Sequence record: AY587007.1
Source of the DNA: Escherichia phage T5
DNA length: 64,000 nucleotides
Direction: 5' to 3' (one strand)
Positions 1 through 9,672 of this stretch are shown here, in pieces; positions within the stretch are counted from its first letter, which is position 1, and the number at the start of each line of letters is the position of its first letter. The position numbers were made by a program, and so were the translations under genes. The notes beneath the pieces are model-generated. The model was not told the DNA's origin and searched no databases. It saw nothing but the letters and a program-made list of their open reading frames with translations.

Positions 1-69
1 TGTCCACTGCCTCCGGCGAAAATACTTAGTCTGCTAACCGCCACCCCCGTTACTATTACCATGCTAACT

Positions 70-106
70 GTTTCACCCTGCAACCATTTTAATTGCAGGG
101 TGAAAC
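70..106. repeat. perfect hairpin, 14-bp arms GTTTCACCCTGCAA / TTGCAGGGTGAAAC with 9-nt loop, just 3' of dmp
   Basis: inverted repeat read directly from the sequence; no U-tract on either strand so not called a terminator. Confidence 0.6.
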
Positions 107-123
107 AATTTCAACTTTAATTA

Positions 124-858
124 TTACGCAACTTTTAATTTCTCAATATATTGTTGCGGGCTGCAACTATATTCTGCGCGTTCTTCTTCGGTCATACCTT
201 CCCAACATAATTGCAGGCGGTCGGCTAGGAACTGATAATCATTATCATCCTCAAGAGATTCATCAATAAAGGTTTCACCTATCAATGTCACGCCGATTGA
301 TAGAATATCATTAACGGCTTGTGCGTCCAGCGTTTTAAATCCGTATGACGCTGCCGCTGATAGCACGCCTTTATGATCATCAATCATTGTAAAATCAGCG
401 TTCGGATATAATTGTTTGAATAGCCCAAAATAGTAACTTTTATAAACTGCGTCTTTGCTGTGGTATATCTCGCTAACTTTATCAGCCTCAAAATATTTGT
501 GTAGTGTATCGCGGGAAAATACACGGATATTACTATCACCACGACCGCGCAACCCTTGTTTACGCAAATAATAATAGTCCGACTTGCTCATTAGTCGAGC
601 GGTGCAAATAATGTTTAAAGTATTTGCGTCATTCATGCACTGGCGCATATATGTAACAAGGGGCAATAGTGTATCTTGCATTATTAAATCATGTTTGCAG
701 GCTTCATTTTTATACTTATTTAAATCTAAATTGCCCTCGCTATCAAAGCAAGGCGCTACACGATGAAACGAATTAATGATAGTGCCGTCCAGATCCCAAA
801 TCATGACGCGGGAAATATGCGGGAAATTACGGGTAATATTCGTTTTAACTTGATTCAT
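124..858 (-). CDS. dmp: 5'-deoxyribonucleotidase (HAD-family phosphatase), T5 dmp-like
   Basis: 244-aa ORF with HAD motif I (WDLDGTIINS); length and position match the T5 pre-early dmp as I recall it. Confidence 0.65.
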   Translation of the reverse strand: MNQVKTNITRNFPHISRVMIWDLDGTIINSFHRVAPCFDSEGNLDLNKYKNEACKHDLIMQDTLLPLVTYMRQCMNDANTLNIICTARLMSKSDYYYLRKQGLRGRGDSNIRVFSRDTLHKYFEADKVSEIYHSKDAVYKSYYFGLFKQLYPNADFTMIDDHKGVLSAAASYGFKTLDAQAVNDILSIGVTLIGETFIDESLEDDNDYQFLADRLQLCWEGMTEEERAEYSCSPQQYIEKLKVA

Positions 859-938
859 TTTGTTACGTTCTCCATTTGAGGGATTAGATTAATTCAGCAT
901 TACCCGCTATTAAATAGCGGGTAATAATAAATTAACTA

Positions 939-1334
939 TTAAAGGCCATACGCTAGCGCATCAGCGATAAAACTAACATCCTCGCCCGATACGCTGGAAC
1001 GAATGCCAGCGCATGTATACACCTTTGCGCTCATTAGCTGATCATCAAGGCAAGCGGGGCAAGGTGCGACTACTGCGAAAGCTAAACCGGATTTTACCGC
1101 GTCAATAATGATTGTTTCCTGTTTCATAGTGTCAACATAAACACCTTTTGCTTTAATATGGCTTGTTAGTTTGCCCTGCATATATGCAAACGTTGTAACT
1201 TGCATCGCGTCATTGAAATCTAATAGCTCATCAATAACGTGACCGGCCTCGACGTGATAACGCTGACCATTAGAATAAACCAGAACAATAGAAGACTGAG
1301 CGCGATCGAATGGGATACGGTTAGATTTAGCCAT
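939..1334 (-). CDS. hypothetical pre-early protein
   Basis: 131-aa ORF co-oriented with dmp/A1, ATG start, no recognisable motif. Confidence 0.45.
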   Translation of the reverse strand: MAKSNRIPFDRAQSSIVLVYSNGQRYHVEAGHVIDELLDFNDAMQVTTFAYMQGKLTSHIKAKGVYVDTMKQETIIIDAVKSGLAFAVVAPCPACLDDQLMSAKVYTCAGIRSSVSGEDVSFIADALAYGL

Positions 1335-1370
1335 GTTTATAACTCCAATTAGTTTAATAAGGGATTTAAT

Positions 1371-1649
1371 TTATTTGCTAGCTTCAAGACTTACAACAAA
1401 AGCGAGATTTGTTTCTTTCCATACGTCAGGAATATCATTTTCCTGTAAATGGTCTTTCGCTTCATACTCATTTTCAAAAGAATAAAAATCGCCGGACTCA
1501 ATTATATAAATATGCCCGTTTAGTTCATTTTGATAAATATAACAATTATTATCTTTTAAATTGCGGTATACAGTACCATGCCGTAAAACATCAAGCGACC
1601 ATGTATCAGCGGTGTTTTTCATGCTGGGAAGATTAATTTTAATAGCCAT
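1371..1649 (-). CDS. hypothetical pre-early protein
   Basis: 92-aa ORF in tight minus-strand array. Confidence 0.4.
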   Translation of the reverse strand: MAIKINLPSMKNTADTWSLDVLRHGTVYRNLKDNNCYIYQNELNGHIYIIESGDFYSFENEYEAKDHLQENDIPDVWKETNLAFVVSLEASK

Positions 1650-1705
1650 TTAATTTAGCTCCTGTAATAGCGGCTATATCTCAAGCCGCTAGGGGAATAA
1701 TTTAA

Positions 1706-3289
1706 TTACGCAAAGAATTTACCATTCTTAAAGTCAATCAAAGTGCGTTGACCGTTTGCATAGGTAATAATATGCGTTTGAGTCCAGCTAGACGCGCCAA
1801 CGTTGTAACCCATGTCCAGACTACCAGTCACGCCAGCGGTATAAACGCCGCCGTAAATGCTGGCGGTGTGGGTGTGTCCGGTGTTTAATTTGCCCAATTT
1901 CTTAAACTGTTTCGGGTTGCCACGGCTCCCGTTAATGCCGTTGTGACCGTGTACGCCGCATTCAATGCCTGCAATCTTGAAAGATTGGTCAGTGGTCAGG
2001 AAAATGGCGTTAAATTCACAGCCTGCAACCTTGCGCAGCGCATAATCAAGCACGTTAAAAGTATCGTCTTTTTCTGCAATAGCTCCATAAATCGCAGCAT
2101 TCAGGCGGTGATATAGTTCCGCGTTTGCTGGGTCGTCTTTAATGTTAGCATTACGATCATCTAACCAGCGGGATAGCGCCAGATCATGATTAGATTCAAC
2201 AATGATTGTTTGAGAAAAATCACGCTCCATTGATTCCAGTACGCGCCCCGTATCGATAAGATCATCTAATACCTTATCACGTCCGGCGGCATATTGTTTC
2301 GCTAGGAATACGCCAGATGCGCGGTTGTGATGGTTGCGTGATGTAAAATCATGCACGTCGTGTACAAACTGATATTTTGGTTTAAGAATATCAACAAGCC
2401 CGTAGGTGTCACCATGCCCCCAAGACGCAGCGGCGCACTCCTCATCTAATTTTTCAGCGTGAATGTCGCCATATTGTAAACCTAAAACGTGCCCCGTTGT
2501 TTCATAACATCCGGCAGGAGTGGCGCAAGTATTCAAATCATAAAACACGCCGCTCTCGTCCATCGTTTCAAGCTGGCGCACAAAAAACTCACCGTCCTCG
2601 TCAAACTCAACAATAAGCGCACCGAAGTTATGCAGCGCCTCGGCCTTTTGTCCTGCTTTCTGCTGGATGTAATTTTTTAGCGTTGCCGTTCCGGTTGAAT
2701 ACATACGGCGCACAATTTCACCTTTTAAAGCTGGCACGCTTTCGGCGGTGATTTTAGCCGCTCCAATTGCTAGACCTTCAAGATTCAGCGCGGTTGCAGT
2801 TTCAGCGAATCCAGAAAGCGGATAATCTGCGGTGGGTAAAACGTTAATTTCAGCCATGAAAGCAAATCGGCGATTATTTAAAAACACGTTTTTATTGCAG
2901 ATATATTTGTCAAATGCGGAATCGTATCTGATACCGTCGGCGCCCTCGCCATTTTGAAAACCGTTTTTGTTATAGATAAACTTGCTAACCAGCAAATCAG
3001 CGCCGATAAATTGGGCGTATTGTTCAAGTGAGGCTAAAAAGTTTTTATGCGGGAACGTATTATTCTGAATCGATGTAATAATAAAGCGTTTACCTTGTTT
3101 TACTTCCCATTGCTCAACCGTGCTAGAAACAATCCCCGCCGCTTCTGGGCGCTCATCGTTTTTAATGGCTTTTGCTACTTTCGCCGCTTTCGGTTTCGCT
3201 GGTTTATTTGCTTCCAGCCAGTCACAAATTGCGGTAGAGTGTTTTGTTGTATCGTAAACCATTTTTGAAATATCGTCGCAAACTTCCAT
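1706..3289 (-). CDS. A1: A1-like pre-early protein with metallophosphoesterase-type motifs
   Basis: 527-aa ORF containing GDIH ... GHGD ... SNHD motifs typical of calcineurin-like phosphoesterases; position next to dmp and an A2-like gene. Confidence 0.55.
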   Translation of the reverse strand: MEVCDDISKMVYDTTKHSTAICDWLEANKPAKPKAAKVAKAIKNDERPEAAGIVSSTVEQWEVKQGKRFIITSIQNNTFPHKNFLASLEQYAQFIGADLLVSKFIYNKNGFQNGEGADGIRYDSAFDKYICNKNVFLNNRRFAFMAEINVLPTADYPLSGFAETATALNLEGLAIGAAKITAESVPALKGEIVRRMYSTGTATLKNYIQQKAGQKAEALHNFGALIVEFDEDGEFFVRQLETMDESGVFYDLNTCATPAGCYETTGHVLGLQYGDIHAEKLDEECAAASWGHGDTYGLVDILKPKYQFVHDVHDFTSRNHHNRASGVFLAKQYAAGRDKVLDDLIDTGRVLESMERDFSQTIIVESNHDLALSRWLDDRNANIKDDPANAELYHRLNAAIYGAIAEKDDTFNVLDYALRKVAGCEFNAIFLTTDQSFKIAGIECGVHGHNGINGSRGNPKQFKKLGKLNTGHTHTASIYGGVYTAGVTGSLDMGYNVGASSWTQTHIITYANGQRTLIDFKNGKFFA

Positions 3290-3471
3290 TTAGTAGCGCG
3301 CAGACGTTTACCGTAGAAATTAAAGTCAGCGGCCATTTTCAGGATAACGGTTTGTTTTTCTGCGGAAATAACCATAATAATAAAACTCCATTAAAGGGAT
3401 TAAAAAACGTTTGTTATTGGCAATATTGCCAAATATAACGCCTTGAATAATAGGCGTTATAATTTGCAACA

Positions 3472-3669
3472 TTAATTTAAAGGCATAAGGCTAGAACTAA
3501 CACCACAAGCAACGGCGGCAATAAAACAAATCAGACCTAAACGCTTTGCTAACTTAGATTTACGTTTAAAATAATACGAATCTAAATCATTTTGAAAATA
3601 AGCGAACAATAACGAGGCCGCCATAATAAACAAGCCTAGAATGAGGGATTCAGTAGGGTAAAAGATCAT
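3472..3669 (-). CDS. small membrane protein
   Basis: 65-aa ORF with two hydrophobic segments. Confidence 0.35.
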   Translation of the reverse strand: MIFYPTESLILGLFIMAASLLFAYFQNDLDSYYFKRKSKLAKRLGLICFIAAVACGVSSSLMPLN

Positions 3670-3725
3670 TTTAAAACTCCAGTCAAAGGGAAATTATAGT
3701 GGGGAATATTCCCCACTAATTAAAT

Positions 3726-4133
3726 TTATTCGCCTGCGGCTTGTTTTACTTCATCGGCAACGCCTAACAGTTGCGCCACGGCGTCCAGCGTTTCCAATTT
3801 TGCACTTTCCAGTGATGCCAGATCGTCAGCGTCTTTGATAATACCGGAATCGATGGCATGTTTTGCAATCACACGCACGTAGTGCGCTTTGCGGATAGAA
3901 CTGCCGCCGCCAACCTTGCGAGGTTTATCGCTTTTCTGATACGCTTTCGCGCTGGTCAATTTTGAGCGAACAGACACGGGAGAAGCCGCGCCAACTGCTT
4001 TTGCAATCTCTTTTAAACCGTCGCTATTTGCGAAATCTAAACCGTTTTCATTAATTAACTGCTGGTACATGGAAACAGCTTTCTGAGTGTTTTCTTCATT
4101 CCAAGCGAATTTTGCGGTTTTAGCGTTAGTCAT
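3726..4133 (-). CDS. A2-like small pre-early protein
   Basis: 135-aa ORF immediately upstream of A1 in transcription order; size fits T5 A2 (~15 kDa); identity is positional inference only. Confidence 0.4.
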   Translation of the reverse strand: MTNAKTAKFAWNEENTQKAVSMYQQLINENGLDFANSDGLKEIAKAVGAASPVSVRSKLTSAKAYQKSDKPRKVGGGSSIRKAHYVRVIAKHAIDSGIIKDADDLASLESAKLETLDAVAQLLGVADEVKQAAGE

Positions 4134-4228
4134 GATGTAACTCCTGTTTATTTAATTTAAGGGATAAGATTAACATAATGTTAATCGTTATATCCCCCGA
4201 ACTACTGGGGGATATAAAAGTAACACTA

Positions 4229-4480
4229 TTACGCTACGGCTTCCCATTTTTCGTTACGCTGGGCAACCTTTACAACGTCGCCGGATTTAACCCGAACGTT
4301 GTAAACAGTTTTTCCGTTGTTACTCCGTTCCGTTTCAGCGTATACCGCATCAATTACATCAAACGGCATAAGCGCCGCGCCTTTAATGCGTTCGGTTTTT
4401 CCGGTTACCTCATCCGTTTTAGTAACGAAAGGGATAAAAACGGATTGACCAATTTTTGGCGCAGTAGTAACGTTTTGCAT
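4229..4480 (-). CDS. hypothetical protein
   Basis: 83-aa ORF. Confidence 0.4.
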   Translation of the reverse strand: MQNVTTAPKIGQSVFIPFVTKTDEVTGKTERIKGAALMPFDVIDAVYAETERSNNGKTVYNVRVKSGDVVKVAQRNEKWEAVA

Positions 4481-4713
4481 AATATAAACTCCAGTTTATT
4501 AAGGGGGATTGTTCCGCATTACCTGCTGTAAAAGTAGTGGCAGGTAATAAGCAACAATCCGCTCGCCAATATAATCAATTTAAAGAACTCCACTCAGGCC
4601 GCTATATCCCAGTTAGGGGGCGGGACACATTATGGTAAGTGCCGACCGTCATATTTTATCAAGTTATCGCTCTCATCGAACTGGGTACATCTTAAAGCCT
4701 ATCGGCTAGGGTG

Positions 4714-4917
4714 TCAAACTATTTTTTGCAGTTTTTTATGATTTTCTTTCAAGTCAATCATAATGTTTCGCCAGATCATTTCCAGACCTTGCTGGCGGCC
4801 TTTCTTGTACTGCCTAAATCGATATTTTACCGATTGCTGGGCTATTGTCAACAATTTTTTAGTAGTACCATCTAATTTTTTAGCTGGTTTACCAGTGATC
4901 AATAAAGTTTGTTTCAT
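4714..4917 (-). CDS. hypothetical basic protein
   Basis: 67-aa lysine/arginine-rich ORF. Confidence 0.3.
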   Translation of the reverse strand: MKQTLLITGKPAKKLDGTTKKLLTIAQQSVKYRFRQYKKGRQQGLEMIWRNIMIDLKENHKKLQKIV

Positions 4918-5504
4918 ATCGTCGATTCCTTATAATATATAAGTTTACCGCCGATAGACTTTAAGATGTACCCAATTTTTAAAGAGCGTGGCGGTAAACT
5001 TCCCGCCGTGTAGTTCGTCATTGCCGCCCTACGAGATAAATAATAGGGGATACCCAAAAATGGCGCAACCTTATTTTTGTAAAGAAACGTAAAGAAGGCA
5101 ACACGTCCGGCGCTCACCTAAGTTTAAAGGAAACGGGCGCGCGAATACCATAAAACCTAGCAGGTTGGCAAGTAATTTTTTCCTTTATATTTGCCTTGCC
5201 CTAGTTGACAAATCTTAGAAAGCTCGTGGTGACGATAAACGGGTTATCCCCTTATGATGGGATGCCTGAAAAATTTACCGCGTCAGAAAGCGTTTTAGGC
5301 GGCTTATTTTCGATTTAACAAATATTTAACAAAAGCAAAATTGAAAAATAGTTGGAAAAGATATTGACTTTTAAAAATCAAGACTAAACGAGTTATTTTA
5401 TAAAATTAATTAATTGACAATTCCAAATTCAGCTTTTTTAGTTTCTACCCATAATAATAACTCTTGTAAATCATAACCTGATTTACTAACACTTTTGTTA
5501 CTAG

Positions 5505-5853
5505 TAGGATCTTTAACTATAGCGCGCAAATAGTTTCTTCCGGTTATTATCAACTCTAGAACCATTATAATAGATATGCTTAGGCAACTTATTAGCACGG
5601 TTACGATCATTATGATCGATTGTTAGATTGCTATCAATCTCACCATTAAATAATACCCATATTATTCTATGCACTGCGTATGTTCGCCTGCTAACTTTAC
5701 TCGATAGTAACCTGTGTTACTATAATGCCCTGCAATATCACCCACCTTACTATTACCTTTCTGTACTTTCCATCTTAGAAATGATGGGGATGTTTCATCA
5801 TAATAAAAGTTATCATTAGCAAGCGAATAATCTATATCTTTAAATAGACCCAT
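5505..5853 (-). pseudogene. frameshifted HNH homing-endonuclease gene
   Basis: N-terminal part (5662-5853) ends at a stop; the HNH core (HRIIW ... TIDHNDRNRANKL) continues in a different frame down to ~5505, so one indel near 5660-5690 splits the gene. Confidence 0.5.
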
Positions 5854-6042
5854 TGTTATAGTTTCCTTATGTTATTAATTTAATCTCTATTATATTATAT
5901 CAAAACCATTAGCAAACTACCTAATGAGTTTTTCAGGTTTAATTAGCAGACTCATAATCACTTTAAAATCCTATTAGCCAACTAACTATATTTTGTTATA
6001 TAATAACTGCATAAATTAGTTAGTGAGAAACACTATCATTTA

Positions 6043-6051
6043 AGTTATCCA
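6043..6051 (+). promoter_or_regulatory. DnaA-box consensus TTATCCACA
   Basis: exact 9-mer match; second exact copy at 6116-6124. Confidence 0.5.
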
Positions 6052-6115
6052 CAGCCTTATACATTTTGTAAATTAACTTGACACAATAGGAAGGCTTTAT
6101 AGCACTTTTACACAG

Positions 6116-6124
6116 ACTTATCCA
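6116..6124 (+). promoter_or_regulatory. DnaA-box consensus TTATCCACA
   Basis: exact 9-mer match. Confidence 0.5.
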
Positions 6125-6132
6125 CAGGTTAT

Positions 6133-6152
6133 TCCACTGTATAAATATACAG
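6133..6152. promoter_or_regulatory. LexA (SOS) box-like palindrome CACTGTATAAATATACAGGG
   Basis: core CTGT-N8-ACAG with AT-rich spacer; weaker flanks than the partner at 9330-9349. Confidence 0.4.
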
Positions 6153-6416
6153 GGTAAATGGAAGACATATTATAATGATGCCCAAAATAAGCGGCCTAAA
6201 ACGCTTTCTAACGAGCCAAACGCTATAGGGTAATATTAAAGTAAAGCCTCACGCGTCGCCTGGTGGCTTCGCCGTGTTTTGCTCTTTACTATACCGCTGC
6301 GCGGTTAGCATAAAACTAGGCGCTAGGCAAGGAAAATAAAAAGGTAAAATAATATTTGCCTATGCTAGAAAATTACCTTTATCATTCACTCACCGATTAA
6401 CGAGGGAGGCCAACAA

Positions 6417-7154
6417 ATGCGGCTATATAAACCAGATAACGCAACCGTCTTAAAGGGCGCCTTGCGCAACCTGCTGGATGGTAGCAGGACAACCAGCATT
6501 AAACATTTTATTAACAAGGCTGAAACTATTCACCAAAACTTTTTTAATGATTATGATGCCTATGATATGGATAGTTTTCTACCCCTATATAAGCAGGGGG
6601 CAACGATTATCTTATATAATCGTGATTGCCATATCTTTACGGGCAGGGGAGCGGGGCCGGATACTGATTTTATTGTTGCGCAGGGTAATAATATCGTTGC
6701 GTATCATAGCAATTCAGGCCGTCAATCATTTAATATAAATAATTTTGAGCTTGTTGGGCTTGAATTAATAAACGGACTTTCTAGCCTTGAGGGATTTTTA
6801 GATGTTATCTGGAAGTATTTATCTGCTGGATGGCATAGACCTGATAGTGATGGATCTCAATATACGGCTGTAATGGCTTTTGATGGCGACGGTAATTTTT
6901 TATTACCATCGGAATTATATCCGTATGTATATAATGAGCTAGTACAAGAAGCGGGTTTTATTTTCTGGAAAGATGAGAATCAGATCATTGACAACACGGA
7001 AAAACATGCTGTAAATTCTAACACTCAAAGCGTTAACACTCAAATCACTGAAAACAAAGGAAAAAATGCCATGACCAAGATCGCTAATATCGTTGCCGCT
7101 AATAAATCCGCCGTTGTAAATGCTGCAAAACTGGAAGCGGGCAAATTGCATTAA
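6417..7154 (+). CDS. hypothetical protein
   Basis: 245-aa ORF with strong RBS GAGGGAGG 7 nt upstream of ATG; first gene of the plus-strand block between the inverted repeats. Confidence 0.55.
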   Translation: MRLYKPDNATVLKGALRNLLDGSRTTSIKHFINKAETIHQNFFNDYDAYDMDSFLPLYKQGATIILYNRDCHIFTGRGAGPDTDFIVAQGNNIVAYHSNSGRQSFNINNFELVGLELINGLSSLEGFLDVIWKYLSAGWHRPDSDGSQYTAVMAFDGDGNFLLPSELYPYVYNELVQEAGFIFWKDENQIIDNTEKHAVNSNTQSVNTQITENKGKNAMTKIANIVAANKSAVVNAAKLEAGKLH

Positions 7155-7192
7155 CTCAAATCACGAAAGTAGCGGCTAAAAAAGCACCATTT

Positions 7193-7426
7193 ATGATTAA
7201 AGGTTATATTGATACGCCTATTGGTCGGGTAGTTATTGCTAACCTGCTGAGCGTAGCGGTTGACCAGTACGCCCCTAGCAACCAAAAGGCGAAAGCGGTA
7301 GCGGGTGCAGCTATGGAAGCGGCTATGCTAGAAATGGTGCAAAGTTTTAACATCGCTGAAATGATTGATGAAATGGTGAAAGGTATTGATATTTCTACTT
7401 TTACCGTTAACACCGAAAGCGAGTAA
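7193..7426 (+). CDS. hypothetical protein
   Basis: 77-aa ORF, weak RBS. Confidence 0.3.
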   Translation: MIKGYIDTPIGRVVIANLLSVAVDQYAPSNQKAKAVAGAAMEAAMLEMVQSFNIAEMIDEMVKGIDISTFTVNTESE

Positions 7427-7544
7427 TAATTAACCTAATGTAAAGTTTTGTAAAGGTCGCCATAATCGGCGGCCTTTTTTGTTATAATGCCTTTACACCG
7501 TTTGAGGACGGTTGAAAATTTTCCCAAAATTTTGGAGGCTTAAA

Positions 7545-7775
7545 ATGGTTGCTTATTCTTCTTCTGACGCTCTTTTCACTGGAAAAGGCTGGGTATCAAA
7601 TCGCTGGATCATTCAAGAAATGGTGCAGGAGTTCGGCATTGCTAAAACTTACACTACCATTCAGGCGCTTTATGATAATGATCAAATCGATCAGCAAACG
7701 GCGGGCTTTTTGCTGGATACCCTGAAAGCGGAACACTGTACTAAAAAACAAGCCGCCAAAATTGTTTTAATGTAA
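7545..7775 (+). CDS. hypothetical protein
   Basis: start moved to internal ATG preceded by GGAGG; 76 aa. Confidence 0.45.
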   Translation: MVAYSSSDALFTGKGWVSNRWIIQEMVQEFGIAKTYTTIQALYDNDQIDQQTAGFLLDTLKAEHCTKKQAAKIVLM

Positions 7776-7824
7776 TTAATAACGGGGCGTTACTTTCGCC
7801 CCACTAACTAGGGGAGTATTACAA

Positions 7825-8004
7825 ATGGTTATTTTTCGAGCTATTCTGGCAGGTATCTTGGGCGCTATTCTGACCCTTTTTGCTACCGCTTACGGTATTC
7901 AAGATTCTTATTGTGGTTTAGTAAATACTAAACCTATGGTTATTATTGGCGCGGGTATCGCTGTATTTTCTTATCTGCTGGGCTGCATGAATAAAGGAGA
8001 ATAA
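7825..8004 (+). CDS. small membrane protein (59 aa)
   Basis: ORF below the track size cut-off; RBS GGGGAG; two hydrophobic helices. Confidence 0.4.
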   Translation: MVIFRAILAGILGAILTLFATAYGIQDSYCGLVNTKPMVIIGAGIAVFSYLLGCMNKGE

Positions 8005-8006
8005 AA

Positions 8007-8219
8007 ATGATCCGCAACGTTTCTCTTGCTCGTTCAAAGGGTTTTAAGCTGGTGGATGTTAACACATTCGAGCGGGAAGATTGTAAAATCGAATATGTAG
8101 CACGTAATAAAAACGCCTTTCGTGTTACAGAAAAGAAATTTGATAAGCGCGGCAACGTGATAGCTGAAACGGTTAAACATTTTGCCACCTTTTACGCGGC
8201 TTTTCGTGGAGTGTTATAA
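8007..8219 (+). CDS. hypothetical protein
   Basis: 70-aa ORF with RBS AAGGAG. Confidence 0.45.
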   Translation: MIRNVSLARSKGFKLVDVNTFEREDCKIEYVARNKNAFRVTEKKFDKRGNVIAETVKHFATFYAAFRGVL

Positions 8220-8220
8220 A

Positions 8221-8565
8221 ATGGTAATTTATGAAGGCAATCGCTTTGTTGCTATTTGCCGACCGGGATTATTAGCAAACTACTTAAATCAGGTGTCACC
8301 TGAATATAAAGGCGTCATTAATATTTATGAGGGCAAGGCGCATTATAAGATTAATGCGGTCGTTGCCCGTGAATTAGCATTTCAATTTTTGACTTTCGCA
8401 TCTTGTGATATTCAGGTCATGGGTGAAGCGTTAATTGCAGAAAATGAAGATGATTTTATTAATATCTTCCGCAAGGTATACACCGAGCGCCTGATAATGA
8501 AAGGCGCATATATTCAGTCAACTGCGGAAAGTATTGAAACAGCTTTCAGAAAGGTGGCGCAATGA
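8221..8565 (+). CDS. hypothetical protein
   Basis: start moved to ATG at 8221 preceded by GGAG; 114 aa. Confidence 0.45.
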   Translation: MVIYEGNRFVAICRPGLLANYLNQVSPEYKGVINIYEGKAHYKINAVVARELAFQFLTFASCDIQVMGEALIAENEDDFINIFRKVYTERLIMKGAYIQSTAESIETAFRKVAQ

Positions 8566-8664
8566 AGCTATATATTTTCGTTGGTAATGTTGAGGCTGCG
8601 AATGATTCCGCTGGTGGCGATAACGTTCGCCACTATTGGCAAAAATATATTTACTAGGGTTATT

Positions 8665-8859
8665 ATGATTACACTGATTTGCGTTAAAGCCGAAGGCGAC
8701 ACGATAGCGCGAGAAGGGCAAAAATATAAAGCCCAAAAAGATCAATTACTCAAAACAATTGAGCGTTACAAAATACCCGATCTCAAGTATTCCGTAGTAG
8801 GACGCGATGGGATTCTAAGGGCGACACTTGAGAACGCTATCTTTGAGATAGTCAACTAA
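8665..8859 (+). CDS. hypothetical protein
   Basis: 64-aa ORF from internal ATG; weak RBS. Confidence 0.3.
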   Translation: MITLICVKAEGDTIAREGQKYKAQKDQLLKTIERYKIPDLKYSVVGRDGILRATLENAIFEIVN

Positions 8860-8874
8860 TAACGGGGCGTTATT

Positions 8875-9078
8875 ATGAGCAATAAAATTATTGTGACCAA
8901 AACTACCACAATGGTAGACGTTTTTTATGTGCCCGATACGCCGGAGAATCGGGGAGCGGTCGAGCGGGGCGAGTATGATAGCGTTATTTATGATGCCGAT
9001 GGTTATTATCAGCATTTGGTCGATTCCTACGGGGAAGAGGAGAAGATCACGCATCGATTACCCGAGGGGGATTTATGA
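8875..9078 (+). CDS. hypothetical protein
   Basis: 67-aa ORF. Confidence 0.3.
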   Translation: MSNKIIVTKTTTMVDVFYVPDTPENRGAVERGEYDSVIYDADGYYQHLVDSYGEEEKITHRLPEGDL

Positions 9079-9329
9079 AACGATGGTTTAATCACTGGTA
9101 TAAACGGTTTTTAGTACGGCATCGCAAGTCTAGACAGCAAGATGATTGGCGGGAAATGGCCAAGCGTAACAATTGCCCACTTCTCTGATAACCGACGGGG
9201 ATCAGCTCCCCGTTTTTCACGCCTCCAGTTAAATCCCCCTTTGTTTTAGTATCCCCATCAAAATTAAACGCGTTAGAATGCGATCTAGGACGTTTTAGGC
9301 ATATATTAGAATTATTCACTGCGTAGGAA

Positions 9330-9349
9330 TACTGTATAAATATACAGTA
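9330..9349. promoter_or_regulatory. near-consensus LexA (SOS) box TACTGTATAAATATACAGTA
   Basis: 19 of 20 positions match the E. coli consensus TACTGTATATATATACAGTA. Confidence 0.55.
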
Positions 9350-9430
9350 GGATAACCTGGGGATAAGTCTGTTGATAACGCTTCAAAATGGCTAGGATTT
9401 TGTCAAGGCGAATCGTGCTGTTGATAAGTC

Positions 9431-9439
9431 TGTGGATAA
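9431..9439 (-). promoter_or_regulatory. DnaA box (TGTGGATAA, reverse complement of TTATCCACA)
   Basis: exact 9-mer; two one-mismatch copies (TTATCAACA) nearby at about 9371 and 9421. Confidence 0.5.
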
Positions 9440-9466
9440 CTTAAATAACAGTGTTTCTCACTTCCG

Positions 9467-9620
9467 TTTTTAAATACGAATCATTATCATTCGTATTCCG
9501 CTTTTTAAATGAGAATCATTCCGCTTTTTAAATGAGAATCATTTCACTTCCTGAATAGTTCTCATTCCCTTTCTTAAATGAGAATCATTATCATTTGCAT
9601 TTCACTTTTTAAATGAGATT
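9467..9620. repeat. five tandem-ish direct repeats of TTTTTAAATGAGAATCATT (variants included)
   Basis: copies at about 9467, 9502, 9525, 9571 and 9596; interleaved with the palindromic unit GAATCATTATCATTCG. Confidence 0.65.
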
Positions 9621-9672
9621 GATTCTCATTATCATTCGCATTCAGGCGAGCAGGCAATTGCCCTGCGCTTTT

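Larger units (their letters stand above)
6021..6152. repeat. left arm of ~130-bp imperfect inverted repeat (partner 9330-9461)
   Basis: shared blocks GTGAGAAACACT, TTTAAGTTATCCACAG, TTGACA, ACAGACTTATCC, CTGTATAnATATACAG align with the reverse complement of 9330-9461. Confidence 0.7.
9330..9461. repeat. right arm of ~130-bp imperfect inverted repeat (partner 6021-6152)
   Basis: reverse complement aligns block-by-block with 6021-6152. Confidence 0.7.

Noticed and set aside
9092-9319. 75-aa minus-strand ORF between the plus-strand block and the right inverted-repeat arm
   Set aside because: No ribosome-binding site and the translation is low complexity; more likely non-coding spacer.
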